From assembly GCA_965178125.1 (NCBI GenBank), contig OZ237759.1:496001-560000 (forward strand): a stretch of 64,000 bases of DNA, given 5' to 3'. This document shows, in pieces, positions 27,433 to 39,037 of this stretch; positions within the stretch are counted from its first letter, which is position 1; the number at the start of each line of letters is the position of its first letter. The DNA is from Bilabrum cf. latius. Taxonomy: Eukaryota. Below the pieces are notes generated by a model, which saw only the letters and a list, made by a program, of their open reading frames with translations, did no database searches and was not told the DNA's origin. Position numbers and translations under genes: made by a program.

Positions 27433-29115
27433 TTACGGGCTACCGTCCACGAGGATCTGCGCCACCTTGGCTCTCGTCTCCATCACGGCCACGGGGTCTT
27501 CCTAAAAGTCCTTCGGGCCCTTCACCACCTCCTGAGCCAGCTGTGCCACCATGGCGGGGTTCTTATTGGCAGCGAGCTTCAGCAGCTCCACGTCCTCCAG
27601 CCCGTCCCTAATGGTCTCGTACCGGATGGAGGAGATCGGGCCGTCCACGCCGGGCATGATGAACGACCCGTCACCGTTCGCGAACAAGTCTTGACGCGGA
27701 TACCAGATAAAGTTGGCGGCATCCCACTGCAGCAGCCTGGGGTCGTTCTTGACGTTGCCGTCGGCCGGTGCGAGCGGGCGGGCGAACCCGTGCGGTAGCG
27801 GATACGTCACGCCTACATCGTTCACGTAGCCGCTCACGAATGACGGATACGGGCCCCAGTTTCTCCATATATCAACGCCGTAGTACAGCATGCCAGTGGC
27901 ATGGTTCTGCCACGACAACCAGAAGAGCTGCCTAACCTGCGCCAGCGGTCGCTCGATGAACGTGTTCAGGTAACCCGCATCAGTTGGATTTACGCACCAG
28001 TACTGCCAGTACTCGTGACCCGCTGCCACCCACCGCTGCCGCATGGTTTCGTTGTGCGACTAGTACTGCAGGACCCAGATGTCCACCGGGAGATCGTCAG
28101 GCATCTCGGGCCAGTTGAGCACCGCCATCGTGCGCACCTCCGGATAGGCCTTCTTCATGGCTCCGAAAAGCTGCCTCACCTAGGGCTCGCACGAGATCGG
28201 ATTCTCGTCGAAGCCATACGCGATCAGCTTGTCCGACAGCCCCTTTGCCCGCATCGCCTCCACAGTGGGCTTCACTAGGGCCAGCATCGCGTCCACGTAC
28301 GCCTGCGAGTAGTTCGCGCACGACCCCTACACGCCTCCCGTGTGCGCGCGGCGGGGGGCCGGCTCTCCAGTGAGGGCCTGGGGCACGTTCTACACGTCGA
28401 TGAGGTTGAGGTGCCGGGCACCAAGAGAAGCCAGAAGCTCCAAGGTGGCGGGATCCCGCGGATGAGAGAGGTATACCATGTCTCCCTGCATGCGATGGTC
28501 CTGCGTGAACCGCGCCCACTGCTCCTGGACCGGCATGGGGGTGACACTGGAGCCGTTGCCGTACAGTCTGTTGATGTCTCCATCCTCCAAGCCAATCTGA
28601 AATGAGTTGCCGTATGCTTTCGGGTCCGAGGCTTGCGGAAGGAGGGCTGGGAGAACGACAACATTGATTTGCATGGCTCCGACTCCCTCTGCAAATAGCT
28701 GCACAGGGTACTTTCCGGGCTATGCATTAGCCCATGGCTTGAATGAAACCCAGAGAGCCTGAGGAGCCCCATACATGACCGGAAATGTGTAGTTTCCGCC
28801 GCTTGGCAGCGTTGACTTGGGCTACAGCAAGGGCTCAGCATGCCAACCGGAGTTGCTACCGGCGTATAGCGATGTGTACTGCGTGTACACGAAGCCAACT
28901 CTAGCAACCTACATGTCAAAGGCTTCGTTAGGGGCCGTGAAATTCACAGTGGCAGTCCCAGTGACTGAAGGCTCGAATAGAAGCTGTACCGGCTCAGTCT
29001 CGTTCTACAGCGCGTAAACGGTCGTTTCTGCTCCAATTCCAATGTCTGCACATGTATCATTGAGACTGTATTTCAGCAGGGTTGGAATAACGCACGCGAC
29101 CGAAAAAGCCACCAT
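27433..29115 (-). CDS. Glycoside hydrolase family 123-like / DUF4091 protein (~560 aa, intronless)
   Basis: Single frame from ATG 29115 to TAA 27435-27433 with TAG read as sense. Motifs include AL[TAG]NETEPVQL, QALWVSF..A[TAG]PGKY, YGFDE (putative catalytic DE), GMLYYGVDIW and NGDGSFIMPG..GPISSIRYETIRDGLEDVELL. The start could be further upstream (ATG 29256). Confidence 0.8.
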
Positions 29116-29557
29116 GTTGGATCCCGGATTGTCCGGCTAGCCAGGTTTTGCATTTGTGCGGAACCAACTGCCAGTGCTCGCGCCGCGGCGCCACTCATCC
29201 GGCAGTGGGCCGCACTGATCTTGCCGTCCGGGAGAGACGACCGCGTCTCTTTGCATGCGCGACAATGCATGCCTCTTCAGATACTTATACCAAGGGAGTG
29301 TGTGATGCTTTGGACGAAAGACTGAAAGTAGGAGGGGTGGTGAGCCGGCGCACCTCGCGGCATGCTCGAGCCTTGTCTGAGCTGGGAGATTTATTGCTCT
29401 CTATTGTTGTCGATCTCATTGTAGACATAGACATAGCTATAGAAATCTTGATTCGGGACAGGGGCAAGCAGGAGGACATCCGGGTGAGTCACATGCAGGG
29501 CTCGAGCTAGGTCGCACAACGGAACCTGCAGCAGGGTAGCGCACATCGAGTCGCTTG

Positions 29558-29839
29558 CAGCCCTGACTTGCCACGGGACCCACCGGGTGCTACCCAGCCC
29601 TGACTTGCCACGGGACCCACCGGGTGCTTCCCAGCCCTGACTTGCCACGGGACCCATCGGGTGCTACCCAGCCCTGACTTGCCACGGGACCCATCGGGTG
29701 CTACCCAGCCCTGACTTGCCATGGTACCCATCGGGTGCCACCCAGCCCTGACTTGCCGTGGAACCCATCGGGTGCTTCCCAGCCCTGACTTGCCACGGGA
29801 CCCATCGGGTGCTACCCAGCCCTGACTTGCCGTGGTACC
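29558..29839. repeat. 37-bp minisatellite, ~7.6 tandem copies (CAGCCCTGACTTGCCACGGGACCCATCGGGTGCTACC)
   Basis: Units start at 29558, 29595, 29632, 29669, 29706, 29743, 29780 and 29817. There are few substitutions and no spacers. Confidence 0.95.
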
Positions 29840-30188
29840 GAGCGAAACCATTATTTTCATTCTAGAAACAGTTTCGCAGGACCTCGCACTTGCCCTCACC
29901 CTGGTCATGTTTCAGCTGTCCGTCCTTCCGGCTTACGAGAGCTGGTTTGCATTTATTCCCGTACCCGCCGCTTCTGGTATTGTTAATACCTCATCAACTA
30001 TTATATCATTATCTAAGCCCTTCTCCTTATCTCCACTGCGCCCGCGTCTTGTCGATTAGCCCAAGCACTGCGTTCGGCGCGCGACTTCAGCCAACCCAGG
30101 TGCGAGCTCATCACGAGCGATTAGCATTAGTCCAAAACCATCACCGACCATAAGACCTGGGATCCGAATTCGCTGAAGCGGACACGGC

Positions 30189-32042
30189 TCAGCAGTCGTC
30201 GCACTCCGTTCCGTATGCCACTTGGCACACAAAGTCCATCCAACCCACTGCAAACTCCACGGGGGCCAGGAAGAGCTCAAAGATGTCCATGACAGCACAC
30301 CCGCACCAGTCCCTTTCGCAGTCCTCAATCGCCGCTCCGCAGCATTCTTCATCTTCACAAATAATGCATGGCATGCATACTAACATGAACGGCGTCAGCA
30401 ATACCATGCTCACCATTATGATGAAGACAAGAAGCAGCTGAATGATTCTGCGCGGGATCCACGGTGAAAACGGAACGAAATACCAACGCATCATATTCAT
30501 CCAGGCACGTCTCATGCGCAACAGCCTAGGCGAGAGGTGTGCAACGCAACTCACGGTGCCAGCACGAACCACAGAGGCCACAATGACCTGCAGCAAGCCA
30601 TTCGAGCTTCATGCGTCGCTGCGTCTGCCTCGATCTGAGCGTCTGTCCGGAACCGGCTCCTTGCCGCTCCACCAGTCATCTGCATGCCCGGACAGCCCCG
30701 CGGATTGTTCATGCTAAAGTGCTGCCCGACAGATTCAGTGGCCCCGCGACCGATGCGTCGCGTGCACAGCCAGCAGAATTCAACCCCGCAGCGGCACGTC
30801 ATCTGCGACTCATCTTAGAAACATTACACTACAATAAGTGCGCAGCGAACACAGCAAATGAAGCAGTATATTAAACAGATTGTGTGGGCTCACGTGGTTG
30901 CAACCTGCAAGAGTATCGTACAAGCAAATGGCTCCAGATGCGGTGAATGGCTTGTTGGGGCTGTACCGCACACGTCACCACATAGTAACTGACAAGGGCA
31001 AGTGCAGCAAGTTTCTCACCTGATCGCTTGTTCACATGCAGCCCGCACCCGGGGCATTCGCACGTAGTGCGGCTTAGCACCGAATTGCTTGCCTGCTCTG
31101 CGCGGACCGACCGTCGCAAGTACTGGTCGCACGTCTCCTTGTCGGGGTCGTGCTGCGACCCATGGTGGAAGCAGTACTTCGTGCTACAATTTGAGCACAG
31201 CATCTTCGGCGATGTTTCCGGATTGCCCTCATTCAAGAAGCCGCACTTGGGACACGCCGCGTGCTTCCCCGACTGCTGCTTGGCGAACCGGCTGTACCTC
31301 TGGAACAGAGGACCCTCGGCCCCCTCGGGGTCGATGGCCGATACGTCCAGGGGCGAGAAGGGAGCCTGGCACTCGTCCCCGATGGGACACGTCATCTCCC
31401 GGATGGCTCCTCCCCCCGACATGTAAGCAGACACGTACCCGCGCATGCACTGCTTGCACACGACGTGGGTCGCATCGGGGCAGGCGCGCAGGTGATACCC
31501 GTCAGGCTCGGGCAGGTTGCCGAAGCAGATTGGACTGCAAATACAACAACAAGAGAGTATTACATAGCAAGCTGGTGTCTGCAATAGCAACGCATTTGAG
31601 ATGCTTGATACTTCGAAAACACAACGACGTTGGATCGACCTCACCAAAGGAATGTATTGACCGGCTCCTAGGTAAAATCTTCAGCATTCTACCGATGAAT
31701 CAAAGAGCGGATAGAACTAGTCAAGAAAATGCGCCTACGGCTTCCCGTGGCCGCATGTCCCGCAGAGTCGCTGCTTCTGGTGCTGCCGCTACTGGTAGCA
31801 CGCTAGAATCCAGCAGCATATGCAGCACTAGGCGCTGCTGCAGCACCAACGGGAACCCGCGGGGCACTGCCACTTGCTGCTGTTCCATACGCAAGGTTAG
31901 CTTGGGGGGCATCGCCTGGGGTACTTGCACCTTGCCCAGCAGCACTCATTCCATCTCCAGTGCCTGGGGCAGATCCCCATTCAGCTATAGATGCAGCTAC
32001 ATATGCACGAGATTCTTCACTATTCTCTCTGTAGAAAGACAT
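30189..32042 (-). CDS. RBR-type (RING1-IBR-RING2) E3 ubiquitin ligase with C-terminal hydrophobic segment, paralogue 1; exons 32042-31645, 31534-31020, 30904-30894, 30802-30555, 30447-30189
   Basis: RING1: CPICF...C...HVVCKQC...CPIGDEC. IBR: CPKC...C..C..KYCFHH...H. RING2: CPGCGLHVNKRSGCNHMTCRCGVEFCWLC. All introns are GT-AG with consistent phases; TGA stop. Confidence 0.88.
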
Positions 32043-32134
32043 GAAATGGGTTAGCAAGCGGCGTGAATGTGTTTTCTTTGACTTTTCCGTGACAATTATA
32101 AACCGGAAATAGCATGTGCCACACTGGTCGCCAG

Positions 32135-32689
32135 CAGACCCCGGCGCCGGGGGGGGGGAGGCGCCGGATGCCGGGGGCCCCGGCGGTCCCCAGGAAGGGC
32201 CGATCGCCGCCCCCCCCCCCAGATCTCGTCCCACATTGCGCCAATTGAATAAATAAAGGCATATTTGATATTTACATACAAATAAAAGCTATATACTATG
32301 CTAGTATATGCTCACATCGCCTCCAAGATGATGTTCTGGAGGTGGTCTGATATCATTACGCAACTGCCCAAATCTGTATTGTTCCAGATTTACCATCTTC
32401 CGAGGTTGCGACCAGTGGATTCTCAATTTGCGCTGACGACGTCCTCCAGCTATCATCGACTCAATATGGGCGATACAAAAGGGAGAATAGGCAGTATTCA
32501 TTTCAAAGTTCAAACAAATACCATGATTTCCAAAATAGAAGCTGTTTCAGCCTGTAAGGCCAGAATCGGGGTGCATGACTGCAGCAGGAGGGGGGGGGCG
32601 CTGGCTGGGGGCATTTGAGGTCGATGGACACCCCCCTCCCACTCGTCACATGGCACCCAAACTGCGCCTCCCCCCCCCGCCGGGGTCTG
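32135..32689. mobile_element. 555-bp non-autonomous hAT-like DNA transposon (MITE)
   Basis: Perfect 12-bp terminal inverted repeats CAGACCCCGGCG (32135-32146) and CGCCGGGGTCTG (32678-32689). The 8-bp direct repeat GTCGCCAG lies immediately outside both ends (32127-32134, 32690-32697). It has inverted G/C-run subterminal motifs and an AT-rich non-coding interior. Confidence 0.85.
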
Positions 32690-32774
32690 GTCGCCAGAAG
32701 ACTGGGTGGCTGGCGAGGAGAGTTCTGTGCGAATCAGAAAGGGTACGCATCAACGCATTTATTTGCGAGCTTGT

Positions 32775-34061
32775 TCACCGAAAACACGCTTCTGCAGCAT
32801 CCACGATGAAGGCGAGCACTGTGGCAATCCCGGAGGAAACCATCGCCCCCTTTGTGTACAGCAGCTCTGTAGCCTCATCGATGGAGGGGATGGGGAACAG
32901 CGTTGGGATTGCTATGAACACAATGCCAGCGATCATGCCAGCCAGCAGAGCCACGGACCCGCTGGCAATGAATGTATCCACGAGCATTCGGGTGCAGCAG
33001 TTGGGCGGGGACCCTCGACTGCCCCCACTCGATCGTTTGTCGCCGTCCATGTACATGAGGCCCAAAGGCATGATAATAACGGCAAACACGTACATGGGAC
33101 ACACGAACAGGGGCCATGGTGGGTCCCTGCCCCCAAACAGGAAGCTGGACCGAAGGCCAGGCAGCAGCTCCTCCGCCAAAAACCCCGACACGATCAAATT
33201 GACCGCCAGATACGTCACGGCTGTGCTTAAAATTGTCGCCATGATCCCGGCGCCCGTGCAGCTGGCGCAGCAGCACACATCGTAGTCAGTATCGGGCTAC
33301 CTGCTGGAGCGCTCATCCTTGCCACCTTCCTGCGCCTGTTCGAATTTGTCCTGTATTCTTCTAGAAATGGCCGCAAAGATCCAGTTTAAGCTGACAGACT
33401 GAAATGTCACTGCGATGGCGGTCACGATTCCAATGGCCAGGTACAGGCCGGGCCGCGATGGTTCCCTGGCCACACCATACCCAACAGGCACACCCAATGG
33501 GATAGTGCCAGATGACCCATACACGAACTCACTCGCATCTGCGAGACACCTGTTGGTGGCGATCCCGCCGAACACAAACATGTTATCATCACTGGACGAA
33601 GACCCGGCTCGATTCCTAGGATCGTGGAGTGGGATGCTGTCAAGCCCAAGCGTGCCATCTTCCTCGCGATCCCAGCAAAGCACAGTAGTGCGATTTTCCA
33701 GAGACTCATCATTCACGATACCATTGATGATGATGGAGCTAAGGTTGCATTGCGGCTCAGACTAGCTAGTTGGAACAGAGAGCACAGCTGGCGTAGGGTC
33801 TCCTCGAGCCGTGAGATCGCTGCACTTCGGCAGTGTATATCCGTCAAAAGTGTGGACCTCAAGAAGTCTGATTTGCATTCCATACGAATTTTCTTGCCCA
33901 TGCAACGGCGCAGCAAGCACGTAGACTAGCGTCCAGACAGGGAGGACCGCAAAACCTGCTTTGGCTATCACACACAGAATTTGTACTACTGATATGCTCG
34001 TCGCGTCAATCTCACGCAGTACCTAACAAAACGAATCACAGCTATCATCCGACTATGACAT
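32775..34061 (-). CDS. Hypothetical multi-pass membrane protein (~428 aa)
   Basis: ORFs 33762..33971, 33297..33716 and 32775..33278 are in frame and joined by TAG. ATG at 34061, TGA at 32777-32775, about six hydrophobic segments. Confidence 0.7.
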
Positions 34062-34429
34062 GATGGCAAACGAAGTTGTAAAAAGCTTTCCAATCGCACT
34101 GAATAGCAGCTGATGCCAACAGCAACTCGAGAATCCGCTCCGAGTCAAATCACTCGTGCGTCGCAGGCCGCCACTGAGTGCGCTCGAGAATGCAAGCGGC
34201 GAAGGCTCTGCGCAACGCCCGAAGCATATACAGCAAGCTCACGCCGGTAAAACTGTGTGGTGCACCAGCTGCCACAATCAGTTGACCTATGCGGGCACGT
34301 GTGCTCGTATTCATCAAAGTCTACACAACCGAGCATCATCCCCAGCTGACTCCCAGGCATCGCTCACCAGGCTGTAGCAACACGAGCTCCTTGGCCGATG
34401 CAGCCCGAGGACCGTGCCCGAGCGTGCTT

Positions 34430-35656
34430 TCAACCCTTCGTCCCTTGCACCCTGATCGCCTGCAGGGAGCCCATCTCTTGCTCCAAGTGATACAGCCTGA
34501 CCATGGCAGCTGACAGGAACCCAATCACGTCTTCTTCTTGTTCTTGTTCTTGTTCTTTTTGTTCGCGAGAACCGCCCGACGCCTTCACCGCCTGCCCACC
34601 GGGACTAGCCTGCCGCCCCCTTGCCATCACCCGTGCAGCAGCCTCACCCAGCCCGACAGATCCAATCCCAATCTCAGCCCCGGCCCAGGCACCAGCTCCA
34701 GCCAGATCATTCCAGCCCCGAGCACCCGCTGAAATCGGCCATTCAGCATCACCCTGACGCTCCCAGCTCGGCTCGAGGCTGCCGCCATGCGCCGCTGACT
34801 TCGCAATGCCATTCGCATTCATGCTACCATCAGTACCAGTGGTTGCAGACGCACCCTAGCGGTTGCTGGCCCCTAGCCTGATTGATTGCTGGGATCCTGC
34901 TGACGCTGAGCGGGTCCTGCGACCCTGCATTGGCTGGGAATTCGAGCCTGAGCCAGATCCAGCCGGCTGAGCAGCTGCAGCACCATACCAGTGCTGCTAC
35001 GCTTGCCTACCTTGATACGCGCGCGATCTAGACGCATGCGCACTGCCGTGTGATGCACCTCCCGGACCGCCCCTGGCACCCACGTGCAACCCCACGGGCG
35101 AGTGAATGGCTCTCTTGCCACCCACGATCGAGCTTGCCGCGCTCGCCGCAGCACTCGTCGCACCGCGACTCACCCCGCCAAGCGCACCGCTCGTCACACT
35201 CGCCGCACTCATCGCCGTCCCCGCCCTGCTCTTGCCTGCCCGGAGAGCCGCCAGCCCGCCTCGTGACCGCGGGCCTCCAGGCAGCGTGAGTCCGGAAGCA
35301 GAGGACCACAGCCCGCTCCTGCTCCTGCTCCTGCTCCTGCCCGGGCTGTGGCCTTGTTGGTCTGGGTCGGAGGAGGTGGGGCGATGGGTACGCTCTTGTT
35401 CTTGTGCTGAATGATCGCGAGATGGAAGGCACGCCGCAGCGGGGCTGCCACCACCTCGGGGCCGTCTGCCAGCATCGTCACCAGCACCGTCGTGATCGCT
35501 CACATCGCCCTTGCGAGTGTCATGCCCGGTGGCTACGGCATGGTCTGCTGCACCTGCCTGCCCTTTTCCCTCAACGCGGTGTTCCCTCCCTGCCCTGTAC
35601 TCTAGTAAGGATCCGGTGCCTGTGCCTGTGCCAGTGCATGTGCCTGTGCCAGTACA

Positions 35657-35695
<39 letters not shown>

Positions 35696-38600
35696 ACCAG
35701 CTTGCGAGGTCGTGCTTGTGTGCACGGGCGATACGAATGTCTTGAAGGCGGAGTCTGCCTCAGGTGCCGAAACAGCCTCGTTTGGGCTCCTGATCGGTCG
35801 AACGGATCGATTTGAAACCACTGAGCTCACCGTTTGGTGTTGTTGGTCTAGCCTGCTTCTTGGAGCGCTGGGGCGGTGCATCCCATTTCTTGAAGACAGG
35901 GGCGGCAATGTCGACGACCTGGAGGAGGACGAAGAGGACGTAGAAGATGCCGAGGCTGAGGTCGAGGACTATGCGGCCGGGCCTTGCTCCAAACCCAGGG
36001 CAGCAGCCAGGCGGGCCCTGGGTCGACACAGCCTGACGTGGCGGGGTCCCGTGCCGTTCGACGCATCCATGCTTGCGTCATACCCTGATTCGAGCAAAGC
36101 TTCCCGTCGCTTACCGCCAGTCCTCTGGGTGCCCCTATCGGGCTAGCTTTCGCGGCTTCTACGTGAGCCCGGCTATTGGGCGGGCGTGACACTCGGGTCA
36201 ATGGCTGGCAGCGCAACACGGCGGGTGCTTCGAGTAGGGCCATCCACGGTCTCTCTCGCTTCCGGGCCATCCTGTGGACCAGGGGACGCGCTCGTCACAC
36301 CTACAGAGCTGGGGACGAGGTGCGTGGGTGAGTCAGAGGGCGTATCTGCCCTTGCCTACTGCTACTGCTGGAACTCGGGTTGGTCCTGCATCGCGAAATG
36401 CGATGTGCCTCCCACTTGGCCTCGTGCTGCGCTGGCGGCGCCCTTCGCACTGGTTTGTCCACTTAGCTACTTGTTCATTCTAGCAGGCTACGCTTCAACT
36501 TTAGTCTTCCTGTACTCCGGTGCTGCCCCCTACTGCCCCTTCGCGTGCGCGACGCCCAGCCCATGCCGCTCCCCAGGGGGGCCGCTACTGCCACTCTGAC
36601 CACCCTCCTGTGCTATGACTTTGGACACCGCTGTCTCTGGCCGCTCCCCTAAGAGCCGTATCGCAGGCGAGTCGGCGGACGGACCAAGCCCAGGCCCCCC
36701 ATCCGCATCCCTTGAGCCCCCCCTGGAGCCCCCCCTTGAGCTGGACCCCGCAGCGGCAGCGACCCGGGACCTTGGCCCGTGTGACGAAGATACCCTGCTG
36801 CTGTTGCGGAGGATGGAGCGGCTCCTCCTCTCCTCGACCCTGTGTTCTACCCTGACGTGGATCGATCCGATCCCAGCTGACTCTGACTCGCCGCGCTCAG
36901 CTGACTCCGCGCTGCCAACAGAGGACGCGTCAGCTCCGTCGGTTGAGGCAGCCACCAGAGCCAGCACGTCAAGCCCGCTTGAGGAGGGCCTCCGAAGCAT
37001 CATGTCAGCGGAGGATTGTTCCCTGGATTGGGCTGCATCCCGCTCGTCATCATGGTCGTCGCTAGGCAGTAGGAACTGCACCATGCCTACCTGCAGCACC
37101 CCGCCCAGGTGCCCCGGCCCGTCCGCCCCTTGCAGTGCGCTGTCGAGCCTCATGCTGCTGCGGGAGGCTCGCGAGGCTCCCCTGGACATCGATCGGCGGG
37201 AAGAGGATGATACCAAGGCAGATGCGGCGCTTGACGTGCGCAGCCAGATGGGCCGGCCCGCGCCTGTCTGGTGCCCTGTCGGGTTGTGCGTGTCTTCGCT
37301 ACGGCCCCGTGTGCCGCGGCTGTACCGGTCCACAGAGTGCAGCCCATTGCGGTGCGGTCCGCCCAGCCCGCTCGAGTTTCGGCTCACGGAGGTGCCGCGA
37401 GCTCTGGAGGCTTGCCTGGAGCGAACCCTAAAAGGAACGTTCGTCGGACTGAGCCTCTGCTCCCCTGCCTCTGCATCGTACCCCATGGGGGTGGACCACA
37501 GGAGCACGCTCCTTGGGGTGGCCCCGTCCCCCTGCCTGGACTGCCTCTGGTGTGACGAGTGCGGACGGAGGGCCCCAGTGCCTGCGCTGGACCTTCCAAC
37601 ATCCGCCGACTAGGATACCTCGCGAGTGTGACGAGTGGGGTGCAGTGCATGGTCACTCGAGTATTCGATGTGATCATGGGGGGGTCGCCACACAGCATCG
37701 TGCGATGCACCCGCAGGCCCAGCCTCCCACTACCTCTGCTCCTGAGCAGACCCAAGCCCATGGGTGGCATCACCATCTCGCTCGTCACCCGATTTCGAAG
37801 AAGCGCCATTCGACAGCAGCCCCATCAGCATGCTGGCAGAGCTGCTTCCGCTACCCATGGCATATCCAGAATCGGCTCCCTTTTCTTGACCCCCGCCCCC
37901 GTTCAAGTTTGTAGATCCTGCATCATCACGCCACTTCACGTGCTGAGTCTAATGGTGGTATGACGAGTGGTGGTGTGACGAGCGATGCCGGCTGGTGGAC
38001 CTCCCGACGATCCGCTGCAGCTCTGGCTCATGGCCCCCGTCTTGCGCCCACCTGGTCACTGGCGATCGGTCCCCGGATCGATTCCCACCACTACCAGCAA
38101 AACCAGACCCGGCATCATTACTTTTATTGGTTTGTTCCGAGTCCGTGAATCGCACCCTGTGCTTGGTGGGCTTGCTTCCTTGGTGACCCGCTGCCTAGCC
38201 CTCATTGCTTCCTTGGTGACCCGCTGCCTAGCTCTCATTGCTTCCTTGGTGACCCGCTGCCTAGCCCTCATTTAAGCCAGGGAGGGATGGTGGCTGGTGC
38301 TAGCGCTACTGCTACTGCCTACCCGCGGACGACGATCGGCTCGGTTTAGTGGCATCCCCCCCTTTCCCTTCACCCGGCTCTGTAAAGAACCTGCCCGTGC
38401 TACTGCCACCAGCTCCAGCCACGGATTCATTACCCGCGTGCAATGCACCCGCACCCGCACGCGAAGTGTCTGCAGGCGTTTCTGGCATGCCGTCGTGGCC
38501 TTGTTGTCCCGGATATGGCTCGTGCGGCCTATCGTCGAGGTAGGACTGATCGCCTGGCGCCTTGGGCTGGACCGCGGGGCTTCCGGAACTTGAGCTGGAG

Positions 38601-39037
38601 CTGGCTGAGCGCGGGGCGGAACAACCGGAACCGGAGCCGGAGCCGCTGGCGCTTAAACCACTGTTTTTTTGCACGGAGCTCTCAGCTGGTTGGTCGGGCG
38701 CGTGCGTGGAGCCGACAGGGACATCTGCGATGTGGAGGGGCGGCACCCCTTTGGCCGCGCTAGCGGGCAGCTGCAGGGACCGGCCGATTTCCGAAGCAGA
38801 GGGGGAAGGCTGTGGCATGACTGCGTGTCCTGCTGGAACAATCTGCAATTTTTTGTGCGGGCTGGACACTGCATAGTGCGAGGCATCGAGGCCCAGCAGT
38901 CGGGTTGCCGCTCGATTTCTAGGCATGTTTTGCTCCAGCGTCTGAACACGAGTGCCATACGGCGATACCTGGCCTCCACCCGAAATACGCCTCCGTTTCA
39001 TGTCTTGAATGCACTATTGGGTTTGTCGTTCTGCCAT
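34430..39037 (-). CDS. Large low-complexity Ser/Arg/Gly-rich hypothetical protein with short C-terminal coiled coil (~1,535 aa, single exon)
   Basis: ORFs 38312..39001, 36530..37507, 34997..35908 and 34430..34822 share one frame. I read the gaps and found only TAG. The frame includes a CAG CAG TAG CAG TAG run near 36356-36370 and ends at TGA 34432-34430. Confidence 0.78.
38172..38272 (-). repeat. 33-bp coding tandem repeat x3 (NEG-[TAG]-AAGHQGS)
   Basis: Units start at 38172, 38205 and 38238. Confidence 0.9.

Noticed and set aside
29558-29839. Possible CRISPR array (37-bp repeat with internal palindrome)
   Set aside because: The units are directly adjacent with no unique spacers, there are no cas genes, and the context is eukaryotic.
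29840-30170. Minus-strand fragment KPALVSRKDGQLKHDQGEGKCEVLRNCF, vaguely like the region preceding LINE reverse transcriptases
   Set aside because: It is too short, bounded by stops, and no RT motifs were found.
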